From Phoronis australis (Eukaryota; Animalia; Phoronida), in contig NMRA01000201.1 in assembly GCA_002633005.1 (NCBI GenBank), positions 503,989 through 567,988 on the forward strand: 64,000 bases of DNA, in the 5' to 3' direction. Below the pieces are notes generated by a model, which was not told where the DNA came from, ran no database searches, and saw only the letters and a program-made list of their open reading frames with translations. A program made the translations under genes and the position numbers. Below, piece by piece: positions 13,529-26,500 of this stretch (positions are counted from its first letter, which is position 1; the number at the start of each line of letters is the position of its first letter).

Positions 13529-13614
13529 ATGCCAGTCTTATTCACAAGAATGTCTTCTCTTTTGCAGCTGCTGATTTTAAGTTCCTGGTTTGCTTTGACA
13601 TACTGTCTTACGGG
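13529..13614 (+). CDS. Coding exon 1: start codon and signal peptide
   Basis: MPVLFTRMSSLLQLLILSSWFALTYCLTG has a hydrophobic core; alternative in-frame ATG at 13550. Donor GG|GTAAGT, phase 2. An upstream acceptor (cttcttcacag, ending 13505) suggests a 5'UTR exon further left. Confidence 0.75.
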
Positions 13615-14468
13615 GTAAGTTTAAAAGGACATATCGATATTTCTCTTCGTAATTCATAGAGCTGCATTAATGTTAAATTGTGCTTTTTTCATTTATTGCG
13701 GTAACAAGTTGACATTGCAAATACTCCATGCAGCTGTAGGCAGGGTCCTAGGAAGAAAGGAGCTTATATTCTAATTAATTGGCAGCCGTCTGTGTGAAAT
13801 CAAGGCAATGGCCGTGTGCGTAGGACCGTGGGCAGTGGAGAAAAGAAATATACAGTGACACACGTACATTGTAGAGGAGAGTGAATTTAGGAAAACATCA
13901 GTCAACTGCCAGCGCTGGATTTACCCTTTGGAGCCCTGCTCAGGAGATTTTGCTAGGGGAGGCCCAATCGATTTTGTACCGTATTTCGTCTGATGCACTC
14001 TTAAATGGGACAAAGCCAAGGAGTTGGTCTAAACCGTTTTTACAGTAACTGGAACTTACAAAAACAGATTTTTCATATACGTGTCATTCGTGTTTTTGTT
14101 GTTGTCCCCGACTCCAGCCATTTACCGCTCACTGGATACCAAACAATGTGACTGTTATACTTCACTCGAGGATTGTCTCCGAATATTCGTCATGGCAAAT
14201 ACAACCACTTTTGGAACACAATATACGATCAATGTCCACAATCGTAGAACAAACGTGGATGGCGGGAAATGATTTTGACTGCGAACGTCCCTTCCAGAAT
14301 ACAAGTACGACATCATCCCTCTTTCAAGAACTCCCAAAAGATACCCCACCTACACCATCCATAACATCACTGAACTCCCCTACCAATAAGACAATCCCCA
14401 AAAGACCCGCTCCCTGTCTCTCACATTACAACACTGTTCTCTCACACAAAAACGCGCGCGGGCGCGTC

Positions 14469-14506
<38 letters not shown>

Positions 14507-17500
14507 AGCGCACACCAGCCGCACAGGTTCCGAACATGCTTCCTATTTCGGTCAGCACAAAAAGCGCACGCCTCAGAAAATAATCCCTCCCAACTCTCAG
14601 ACGACACACAATTCCCCCATAGCATCGTATGGCTCCTTTATGTATGCTGAACACATCGATATGTCAAGATTTATAAAACATCAATTAATACAAAATTACC
14701 GTATAATACCTTTTTTATAAAATGTGTCATTTGTTCTTACGTCTACGGTTCTTATAGCATTAAATCAAGCATACAATACAATTATTAGCAACTGACGTTG
14801 CATGCTGCGTCTATTTTCAGACCTTCAGGCGGCGTTTGCTCGTATTATGTTCAAGTTTCTTACAAACAGAGCTACAGTGAGAAATACTACACCAGTTGTG
14901 GATTTTTTGGATGGGATCGCTGTACAAGATACAGGTAAGTGCTTTTGCAGAAGCATTTGTTCATTGAACCAACGAGTCGCTCACATGTTATTCTTTACAT
15001 ATGAAAGCATTTCGCCCAGGCATTAAACAGGTTAAATCTGATGGTCAAATGGAACAAAAATACTTGCAGGGTGGCATTATGTTTTAATTAATATCTCGAT
15101 GTTCACTGGCGTAGTCATGCTTTTGCAACAAGCCGTTAAAGGAGAATGCCACCCGATCTAATTAGTCTGTTTTACCGTCTTAATCGGTCTATATCCACGT
15201 CGCCTCTTATACAGTCGACCTCACGTTGCCGAGAAGTGTCGCGTTAACCTGTGAGGAAGGTGTGAAACGACGCAGCGACATCAGTGGTTCGTCTGCAGAG
15301 TGAATGCCGCTATATTGCGGTGCATCGTTCCATTTGTCCGAACTATGAAGCTGCGAAAAAAGCGGGTACATGTATATCCTTTCGACTTCCTCGAGAGCCC
15401 GAAATGCTTAGGAAGTGGCTCGCGGTAGTGAAGAATGAAAATAGCAAGTATGAGGCCGTGAAACATCTCCGTTTCTGTGGCTGGCATTTCGTCGACAGTG
15501 ATTTCTCTGGATGAATTCCGTCTTACCAAAGAATTATACATTCGTTCCGTTGCCTGTGCAGGTTCACGGCGCCTCTCTTTATATTTCTTGATCAGTGTAT
15601 TGCGGTTAGAACTGATAGCCTGTGGAACCTAACGATCCGAGCCGTGAAGTCTTCGTCGGATGAGCTTGACTAAATCGGGACTGGCGCCGGGCGAGTTGCC
15701 ATGTAGACGTTTATTATCCTGCGTTCTGTTTCAAAATGAATTATTCTCATCCTAACCAATGCTTATAAGAAACTGAAACAAAGTCTGTCTCATTAGATAC
15801 AATTTGTAATGGCTTTGCAGTATTCGTAAGTGCAAATGTTGAGAAGTCAGCAATGAATAAACCACTTCGTTACCGGCTGTAGATGCCAGCAACAAAGGTA
15901 CATGTAACTGACCGGGCATCGAGGCCGTGTGAGCGCATGCTAATTCAGTGTTTACTGACAGAAAGCTGTTTTAAAGCAATTACTCGATTTTATATGCTAT
16001 GGTTACACGTTAGAGGAATATTTATTTAGAAATACAAATGCATTATTCAAATCAATGTTACTGTACATTGTCAAGCTTTGCCCTGACGGTCTCTGGAATG
16101 GGAACCCGACTTTGCGGCCTCCGACAAGTAATAGATTTTCAGTTTCGTGGCTAATTCACATAATAATGTGCACAATTGGCTCTCACTATTATAGTCTCTT
16201 CGTGACTGGAGGTTTAGTTTAGAACTCAAGCTGGTTTATATGTTCGTGCCAGTCAGGTCCCAGCGGCCGCGACGGGCCTGAACGGGTTCCGAGCCACTGG
16301 CCGGGATAACGAATCAGTCCGGCCGCGCCGGGTCTGATCGGGTTCCGAGCCACTGGCCGCGATAACAAGCGTTTTGTGTGTTTAGATCTAAAAAATCACA
16401 AGTATAAACAACACAGATCTGGGTTCTGCTGTCTGTATTTCACGGAAGAATACTTCGAATTTATCTCCGAACAGACCTCAAACTCCTGCTTCGGACCTTG
16501 GTAAATTGGCCTGCCGAACTTTGTAGGCTACGGTGTATCCAAATACCAATAAATATGTAACAGCGAAATAAGCGAAATAAAACAACATGTTTTTATAAGA
16601 ACTCGGTGTATTTTTAAGGGTTTTACATCGAAGTTATATTTTGATTTATTGGTGTTGAACGATCAATTCAAGCGGTAAGCTGACACCAGTAACCCGTGTT
16701 GTGAACTGCTGAACAGACTACGTGTGAAACCAATTACGTCCGTCTGCCGTCAGGTGTCAGGTAAGGCAACCGAACGTGCCGTTATCGAGTAGAACTACTT
16801 GATCTAAATTAATACAAAATAGGTTGTTTTTGGTGGCATTCTCCTTTAAAGCCCTGCACATACGGTCGGATTGCAGAGGAATACATTTACTTGTAATTGC
16901 TGAGTACGACAAATCATATGTTTCCGTCAAGAGATTTTCCAGGTCAAATTCGACCAATTTTAGCACTTTCACATTATACGATCTATTGAAACTTAAATAT
17001 GTGCGTGAAATATGAGTCATCACCACAGATGAGACCCAAAAAGTCTAGTTAGTTGTGTTTCGTACCCGACTTGTTTCAAGATCTCAGTGGCTAAAGGAGA
17101 AGCGCCCTCTCGCATCAGTTTCAACCACTGTCTTGTGACGTTTTTTATTTGAAAAGCTGCCCAAAGGCACGTAAATGTAAAGAAGAGTAATAGACCTTTC
17201 TCAAAATTAATGCATGACTCACATTCCAATCCCAGAAGGAGGCTAGTACTGACCAGTCTACAGGAAGCTGTCTGTTTACACTTAATCTCTACAAAAACAA
17301 TTGCACACTGCTGTGTCTCTTGCTGCACAAATAACCGAAAAGAAACAAAGTAGTGTCATTTCGTCAATATCTTACTGACTAAGAGTTAATAAGACAGTGA
17401 CTAGTGAAGATTTGAAGATACAATGTGCCAACTTTGCAAGTAAATTATGACACAATCTGATATCAACTCTAGTCAACTTTAATGTATCACCAGTGGCCGT

Positions 17501-20500
17501 GATGCTTGAATGGCTAGTAACTTTCAAGCACACCATTTCCTAGTAGCACTTTGAACTTCTCCAAAGTAAAGCTTTATTTTAAATAAATAATTTCTGGGAT
17601 TTAAAGAAAATGACAAACTTTGAATGTTCTACAAACACAGTCACAAAAACCGAGACTTAATTCACAGAGACTGCTTGAGTTGTCAGGCTGGACTGAAGAC
17701 AGTCATATAGATTTGTATATATTACAGAAAACTGCAGGTCACACACATACCCTCTCAAGTTTATGAATGAATCATTTCACAGTAAAACAAGCAGTCACGC
17801 AATGATGCAAACACTGGTGTAAACCCTGACTTTCATAATTTTTACAACTCAAAACCATTTTGAATATGAAAAGTTCAATTTCATGTTAACATGCCCCCAG
17901 AGTGGTCAACCTGTACCATGCTTATTCTCCTGCGATTTTTGAGATTCGATATTCAAGTTTTCTAAACAGCTTGGTGTCAGGTAAGTGCACCAAAAACTCA
18001 CATTGAAATTCCAACGGATCAACTGAACCGAATTTCCGAGAGAGAAGTTGATAAGTGCAGATATAGTTTTTAGCTAGACCTTTCATGATCGCGCATGCGT
18101 TTCCCACTCGTTAAGAAGTTTAGTCCCAAACTTTGGGGTTATTAGGTGCAATTTTCTGGTCTTCAGTTGCAGTTTTCTGTTGTCTCAGAATTTTTCAGTA
18201 GGTTAGTACTGACACGTTGTATAAGGGAGAGCGATCATATACACGTGGTTCAACCAATTGCCAATCAACTGATTCTGTCGATAACACAAGTATGACTGAA
18301 AATGCACTATAAGACCCTCAGAGGCGTCAACCGGTACATTTCTTTTAAATGCTTCTTCTGCGATATTTGAGATTGGTTCTTCAAATATCGTAAACAGCTT
18401 GGCCATGTAATTGCACCCACAACGTACACGAAATTTCGATCGGATGAACTGAACTGAATTTCCTGATCAAAGATTGCACGTCTCCCGTCACAAAGATAAC
18501 GTCACTTGATGTACGATCGCCAAATATTTTTTTCTGGCGCTAAGTTTGGTTTCTGATGAGGTTGCACCATAGTAATTACCGCAATTATTAATGTCAGGAG
18601 TAAACGAAGAGCCGGATGAAACGCTTGTGTGTACCAATAATACATATGCGTGTACTTAACATGTTCAAAGCTCATTTGGCCATTTCACCCTCTCTTTGTG
18701 TTTTGGAAAGAATTTTTCCGAGCACAAGAAAGGATAAGGGTAGGGTATGAAGGGGAATCATGGCAGTCAAGGCAAAACTACTCTATTATTACTTTTTCAG
18801 AGTCCTAGGAACGGCAGAACTATCGAATGTGGTTTAATATGGTTTCTCAGTGGTAAAAGTAATGAACCCGACGTCACAGCATTCAGCCATTCCCAATTTT
18901 GGTTGAAAGTTGCGAGACCCATTTCCTTTTACAGTTAACGGGTATGGGGATCACCTTTGACGTTATGTAGTTGCAGGGTAGAGTATTAGCCAAGATTTTT
19001 GCCCATCCGACATTCGCACCCCCGAACTGCCAAATGAAACCTGGGAAAATTTTAGGCATGGCCCCTTGGCCCCCTTAAATCTGCCACTGGATCGACATAC
19101 TTTCGTCCAAGGCAAGCGCATTAATGCCCACACACGGAATTCCGTGTGTCGTTCATCGTGTTTCAACAAGGCCAGTTTTCAATATAGGTGTCACTGTCAG
19201 ACGGTGTCGTAGTCACACGAAAAATGGCGATTTTTGCAACGATTGTCCAACGTAGTGAAATGTTGAGAATTGATCATAAGATGCATCAACAACACTAATA
19301 GGTAGTTCCAGTGGGGCACCTAGGATACCTTAAAGGAGTTAAACATTTGTCTTGTAAGCGTCACCCAGGAAAAAATTGCTTTTGCCTCTAAAAAACAAGC
19401 AATTTACTTGATTTCTGAAGTATTATCAAAGAAGAAAATGAACGTGTAAAATCTCAAATTTTGTAAACGCCTCGTATTTAAACTCACGGCCTGTCTGCAT
19501 GAGCGTGCGTGCTCTACGAGTGCGCCACCATGCGCCCTCTTACAATATTACACTAAGAGACGTACTTGTTTACATGTATGGTCCACAGCGTTTGCGCGCG
19601 AACCTAGTTCATTCGGTAATGCTTATTACACGCTTTATATTTTGTGCAACCAGTTCTTAGCAAAACTTGTTGTATTTAAAAAAGTCTTCAATGGGGCTAT
19701 TCGGAAAATCTACAATAACTAGAAGGCGCGCGTATACTAGCGGTGATAGATTAACAGCCTCGATTTCGCGAGCCCTTTAAATACATGGTGAAATGGCTTG
19801 CAGCCGTGCCAACTGAATCTGAGATTGCGTAAAAAGGGTGTTTCTATGAGAGGAAGTAAGCTCGACCTTATACAAAGGTAAGGTTTGTAATTATTTGAAT
19901 TATTATTCCATATTTATTGTACTGATGCCTGTTAACTGAGGTACTCGCCGGTGTCGACTTCGCGGCATCGCCACTCGGCTTAATCTTTCTTTGGTGTGAT
20001 ATGTGTTACGATACTTGACGTAGCTCTCGGTATCTTTTCGTACATCAAAGCATTATTATTGTTTGGAATGATTTCTAACAGGTTTATCAGTGACAGTTAC
20101 ATCAATCGATGCTGAATGTTTATGCTGTCAACTCGATATAGGTTAATGAGTTAAGATTACAATCCAAGCCCAATGGCAAAGGGTACATGACCAAAATCCA
20201 TTGCATTTGACTATTTGTTTACTCCCTACCACATGTCTTCTGGAAATTTATTACACGTTGAAATGGAAATCTATCACGTCTGTGTTCACGTAACCTTGGG
20301 GTTTTAGGTTTGAGGGCTTCTACCGTGCAGAGGAGATATGCATCGCTTCTGCACCGACCCTGAATTGACAAAAATTGGTTTCAAGCATTTGACTGCAGTT
20401 AACCAACAAGATCTTCCCATCCAGTGCAGATCTGTTGTCAAAACCTAATATTGGAGACAACCAACAAAGCCCTGGAAAAAGAAAGGTATGTAAGTCATTT

Positions 20501-23500
20501 TGTAAAAATACTTATTCAGGTTCTTAGCGGGGGATTGGCATGGGGGTTGGGGTTAAAATATAATAATAATAATATATAATTTAATTATATTTTCATATTT
20601 GTTCCAGGTTCAGTGACATTTTAAGGCCATTTCAAGCTGCAACATTGACAAGCTTTGTTACTCCTTTCTCTTCCCACAGCATTTCCACACACCAGCAGTG
20701 TTGCATGGCACATTAATGTACAAGTCAGTGGCCATGGAGAAATGTGAATCGCACTACTAAGTTACCATAAGACAATGTGCCAGTGGACTGTCTGTGTTTG
20801 AAGAGGAACTATATCTGACTGCTACACAAGGAAGCCTTGTTGGTGAGGATGCCCTTTCATAGGCAACAAGTCATGTGTGGACAATAGCGCATTTCCTTTC
20901 CTGGAAGAAACATGAGGGACTGAAGCTAAAGAAGACCTAGTGGCACTCTGGTCTAATTCAGGGTCTGATTTTGGGTTCAAAACGATTCAAGTGATATGCT
21001 GCTGTGTTTACTTTCAAGGGTCTGATTGTGGATGTTATTCAGGCTGAATGAGGTTACATGAAAGAAAGCCTCGTTTCGACACTTGACCTATTTTACAAGC
21101 GCTTCTATAGGCCATTGAAGCTAGATCCCAGGAAAATGAAAGCCAAAAGCTGACTGACATTAAATTTTCCTTTCAGAAGAAAGGCTTTATACTATTGGTA
21201 AAAACTTTTCAATTTGGTACACATTATGGGGAAATGACATTCAGTGACTGCATCGATTGTCTTATTGTCAGTAGAAAGCCCTCTGATGTTACACGTTGAT
21301 GATCGAATAAATTTTTAATCAACATGCAAGTTTGTCACTAATTATTAAAACCACAATATTTCTTCAGTTTTAAAGTCACATGCAGTGCACTAGTGCTTAT
21401 TCTTGATAAAGCTGAAGTGATTACCGAATACGCTTGCGAATTGTCATTTTCCCGTTGACCTATAGAAATGTGCAGCGATCAAAATGAAGTATCCCCTTTG
21501 TTTGCATTTGATTTGTTTGTGTGTGTAATTATTTTTAGAGCTTTCTTAAGAAGGTCTTTGAACAATTTTAAGGTGTATGAACAAAAGTTCCGCATGCAAG
21601 AAAAGTATGTTTTCAATTGTAGCTAGCTGGATAAGAATCTGCTATGCACAAGATTCAAGAATAAACAATTATCAGTGCATTTAAAAACAAATGGTATACT
21701 GAAAAAACACAGAAAGAAACAACATTGCGACGGAGTCCATAATCAGGCATGTCAAGTGCTGAATTCCTGAATTACGTTCAATTCTCTCAGGTTATTGCTG
21801 AAGGGTTGCTTTTCATTTTGTCCAATTAGGTAAAATAGACGGTCGAGCGGTTGGTTTTAGTTGTTTTCTCTCGTCTGTAACAGATAGTTGGAGAAATATT
21901 AGCAAATTGTAAAAGAAAAGACAAGACAAAATTACTTTTGTAAGGCAGAACATACTTGACGTTTCATCTTCACGTTTAAGTGTAGAAACTAATAACCTTT
22001 TTACCCAAGTCTTATTTAATGTCTGAATTAAAATATGTGAAACAGGCTAAAAATGATTTAACAATGTGTATTTTTCATGGCACTTACTGTAAAATGTGCT
22101 TCGGATCCCAACAAGTAAAATTCATTCTAGGTGCAATGTTACGACATTTACTGAATTAAAGCTTATTCATATTAATTAGATAACTGATCTGGTAGTTTCG
22201 GGGGCTGGGGTCCGCGATAAAATAAGGAGAATTTTATTGAAAAAGCATAGTTTTGAAGAGAAACTGCTGTGAAAAAGTCACCCTTGACTTCTGTGCATCA
22301 CGTACCATGCACCTCTTATTTTGGGAGCACTCCCACCCAGGACAATATGAATATGTGCTGCTAGCCTACCCGGCATCCAAGTCCCGGGTGAGTTTCCACT
22401 CAATAAATCCATTATTCAGTGGGGTTACTGGTGGGGATAACATTACCGAACGATGTTGATAGAAACTGATTGCTAAAAACTTGCCAACTAATGTTGTGTA
22501 GTCTCCGAATGGATCTGCAGAGTCATAGAGCACACACGGGGCTTCAACATTTTCACACTTTTTGTCAGGTAGTTGACCCTTTTGACCGCAATTGTCCACG
22601 AATATAGTAACCTCAGGTCTTTTGGGAATTTGTGGCCACTTGTCGAAGACTTGCACCAGGGAAATTAGCAGTAATAAGGCATAGCGCCACGACGTATTTT
22701 GATAACAATTCCATCTTTTACCAGTTATTTACATGCAGACAGCCACGCATGCGCAATTCGATCACCACTAGTACAGCAGCGACACTGCGAGGAGAATTCT
22801 CCGAATAGCCCCAATGCCCAAAAGACCAAATGCGTTTGCCGCGTTGGCATTAACCACTCGAGATTGCTTTGGAAATTGTGTTAATTTCAATGTTTGACAA
22901 AGAGAGAATTATGAGTTTCTGAGTGATTCACTGAGGCTCTGATCAAAATTTACATTTTACCAGCAGCCTTTGTTCATCGTTATTCAGATTCCGTTTTCTG
23001 GTTGAAAAAAGCAATTTTCTTCACTGCACAGTGGAGCAAACGACGGAAACGGAATCGTAGTGGGCAGCGCCACTGCCGGTCACCTGGGATATCACGCACA
23101 CATGCACAGGGAGCATTACCCAGCCTTAATTCCGTTACGATTGCGCCATAGCTGCACACATTGTTAATCTTGTTTCAGCCGTATGTTAATTACCGGTGTT
23201 AATTCATCAACTGAATATTTCCTCACGCTCCTACTGTTTTTTTTTTTGCTGCAGGCAAGGGGGCCACCTGCTCCCCCCTATGAGTTCTCCCGTTGCTCTG
23301 TGGGATTCTGTCTTTCCACATTAACTGATCGTAGCGTCCTCTAAGAACTTTACAGACCTAACCCACAGAAAACAAATAAAACAAAATCTGCGCCCATATG
23401 CAATTTTAGGCTGTCAACTAGCGAAAACCAGTTTCCTTCAAATTTAGTGGTCTCATGAGATTCTTGCATGACTCAATCTCTAAATTGGCCTGGTTTAAAC

Positions 23501-26500
23501 TGTGATTTACTTATTTGTGTCCAACGTTCCCAGTTTGCAGCCACATGTTTTTGTTATAATGTGTTCGTAATAGCACATCTACATGTACATATTGGAATTC
23601 TTACATGTATCTATCCTTATGCATATTATTTTCATCTATGACTGAAATCTCTACAACCCAGGTTTGCAGTCACCAAGTAGGATGTGCAGGCGATATGGTT
23701 CTTGGGATATCTTACCTGTGTTTATCGCTAAATGAGGTGACGAACACGAGGAATATAAAATAATTCTAACCGTTTCACGAACACTCTCGCTGTATTTAAA
23801 GTCTGACTCGAACTGTAGTAAGTGCAAAATAAGCTCCTATGATTTGTTAACAGTGTCGACTCTCTGACACACCGAAGTCGTAAGTTGACAAATATAGGCT
23901 TGTTACCCTACTACTGTCTACGTCAGCGCGACAATCCTCAGTAGATTGAAAGGGACTTCTTATAAAAATCCTTTTGGTATAAGAACATTTTCCGTAATCT
24001 CCGACGTCCCTTGACAGAACTGTCTCAAATTTGTTATGTGGAGAGATATAATCCACCATAATTGCTAGCTTTGAGAATGCCGTTACTTGCTCCGACATAC
24101 GGATCTCGAGCTATTCGAAATTTACTTGTCAGATTTTTGTTCTCGTACTAGCTTACATATATTTCGACATGAAATTTACAAACAATGTTCACTTTGTCAA
24201 TAGCTCGATGACCCTTTGTTTCTTTGGCGAAATCGAATGCAAGATAGCAATGTGACGACCATCCTTTTGCGGAGCTCTAGCTCCGCTAGTATCTTTTAAC
24301 AAAAGCTTCTGAATTTCGGTGTGTAAATAGATCTCCCGAAAGGCTACCTGCATTGCATCATTAGTGTCTCGCTACGAATTACCGTTCTCGAGTTATTCGA
24401 GCTTTTCTGATGTGACAGCTGCTCTTTTATTGACTGGTTTTTCAATGCATTGTTGATGGTTTATCATTTACAGCACATTGTTGTGATAGACGTTAATGTC
24501 AACGTTGGTGTTTTCGGTTTTGTTGACCTCAACGCTGAGAATTTCCATCGATTTCGCCAAGTATCGCTCTTCAGAGTTGACTCTGATTTGAAACTCGAGT
24601 CTCCCAGGTTATGTGTTTGTACCGAAGACTTGGTGAAACGCTTGGTTCGATCAACTGATCTACATGTATATAACATTCAAAGGTCTGGCGATAATTAATA
24701 GTAACAGGTCTGGCGATAATTATTAATACAGATTTGCATAACTAGGTCGAATTCGCCAGCTATGAAACCGTCACGCTCTTTGTAAATAAATTCCTTTCTT
24801 CAATGTCTAATGTAGTTTCAGTTCCAAAACTCTAGTCAGTTGGCAAATACACAGAACTGACAAGACGCGTCAAGGAGCTGTGTGCCTGTGCAAATCAGAA
24901 AAATTACGATATATTCTATGAAAGGTAATGCGACTTTTGATAAGGCGTACCACTGGGCACAACTGGCGCAAGGATTTTCATACGACTTCTACTGATTTCA
25001 TTAGGACTGTAATCTTTCCAATTAAACATCTAATCCTTTAATTTAATAAACATATCAAATTGTTGAGGTATGGTTTTTATCTCTTAATTCTGATTTTAGG
25101 ACAAAGTACAGAGTGGCGTACAAGTCGGAAGTGCGATATAAATGTTGTACCGGATATAAAGACAACGGCAACTCGTACTGTGCACGTAAGACATTTTGTT
25201 TATTCACTCCCCAGTTATGCCAGCAACACTTAGTGACGGTTTGTTAAATGTGTTTCAATTACCTTGGTCATTTTAGTTATCTCACACGTTTTGAATATTT
25301 ACCATGGTGAGTGTAAACTATAATTGTTTTGATTACACGCCTCTGTTCAGGTTAACAACGACATCATGGACAAGTCTACTATAATTAGCCAAATTTCTAC
25401 AATGGTATAGATTTAAAATCTGCAAAATTATTGAATTGTCATTAATCTGTCATTAATTGAGATAATTGACCATGTACTTTTAGTAAAAATGAAGGTACAG
25501 TGATAGCAAAACTACGGCATCAACAAAATTTTGTTCAATATAATCATCATTGTTTCATATCCAATATTACAGTTTCTTCGTGAAAAGCGTCAAAGTCCAT
25601 TCGTAACAACTTTTTGGAGAACTTGTGCAAAAAGTGAGGTACGTGAAAGTTTCACGTACATGTAAATCCGAGGAGCCATTTCTGAGATATGGTGTTCCAA
25701 AGTTTGCCAAATTTGATCATTTTTGGAGGGTCCTACTTATCTTTAAGGATGCACCTGAGTGTAATTTTGGTTATCCAACTGGAAACACTGAAGGCAGTTG
25801 TGTGCTTGGTGATAAGGCATCTAGATTGGTTGAAGGGTTTTTGGCTGGTATTAGATCGTCTGTGATCCCGTTGTTCCGTCCCGAAAAACCGCCAGTTTTG
25901 AATTACACCAGCTACTGCTTCGCGTTCTTTGCTAGACGATAATTTGACTTGTTTTTGCGAAGACTTGGCAGCTCATATTCCTTGACACCATGCTCGGCGC
26001 GCAAAATGACACGCCGTGACAAGCCAACTAGTGAGTAAAAACGAGAGCCTGTTCTGCCGAGGTCGTCAAATTACATCTAATTTGACTAAAGAACTTTTTG
26101 AGGCAAATTCCATGAAGGCAAGAGCGTTAAAATTCAAAAGATATTGTCATGAAAAGCAAAAACGAGTTTATTGCTACTCTAAAATACATGTCTGACGGGC
26201 TGGTGCCTCAATGGAACTCCCAAGTCTTGCACGAAATACTAATAGACGTAGGCTTAAATGACCGTGTGAGCAATATTTACATGTACGTTTCTTTGTCTCG
26301 TCGAGGAGAGATTCACTGCGGGTTGTTGTTTTGTTGTTTGTAGCGTTGTGCTTCAACTCCTTCAGTTGTCCAAACGGTGGTACTTGCGCCAAGCCTGATT
26401 ACTGCACGTGCAAAATTGGTTTCTATTCTCCTAGGTGCTATGGTAGGTATGCTTAGTTGTCAAAATATGGAGAACGTGCTGAGAGATGTTTAAAAAGTCC

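Noticed and set aside
14200-14345. Possible CR1/L2 LINE 3' relic
   Set aside because: Only faint SLP/FK-like patches across frames; not supportable.
16250-16366. GC-rich direct repeat of about 56 bp as a CRISPR-like array
   Set aside because: Two tandem units inside a transposon with no spacers; eukaryotic context.
17020-18470. Minus-strand short ORFs with an internal repeat of about 60 bp
   Set aside because: No recognisable domain, termini or consistent splice model.
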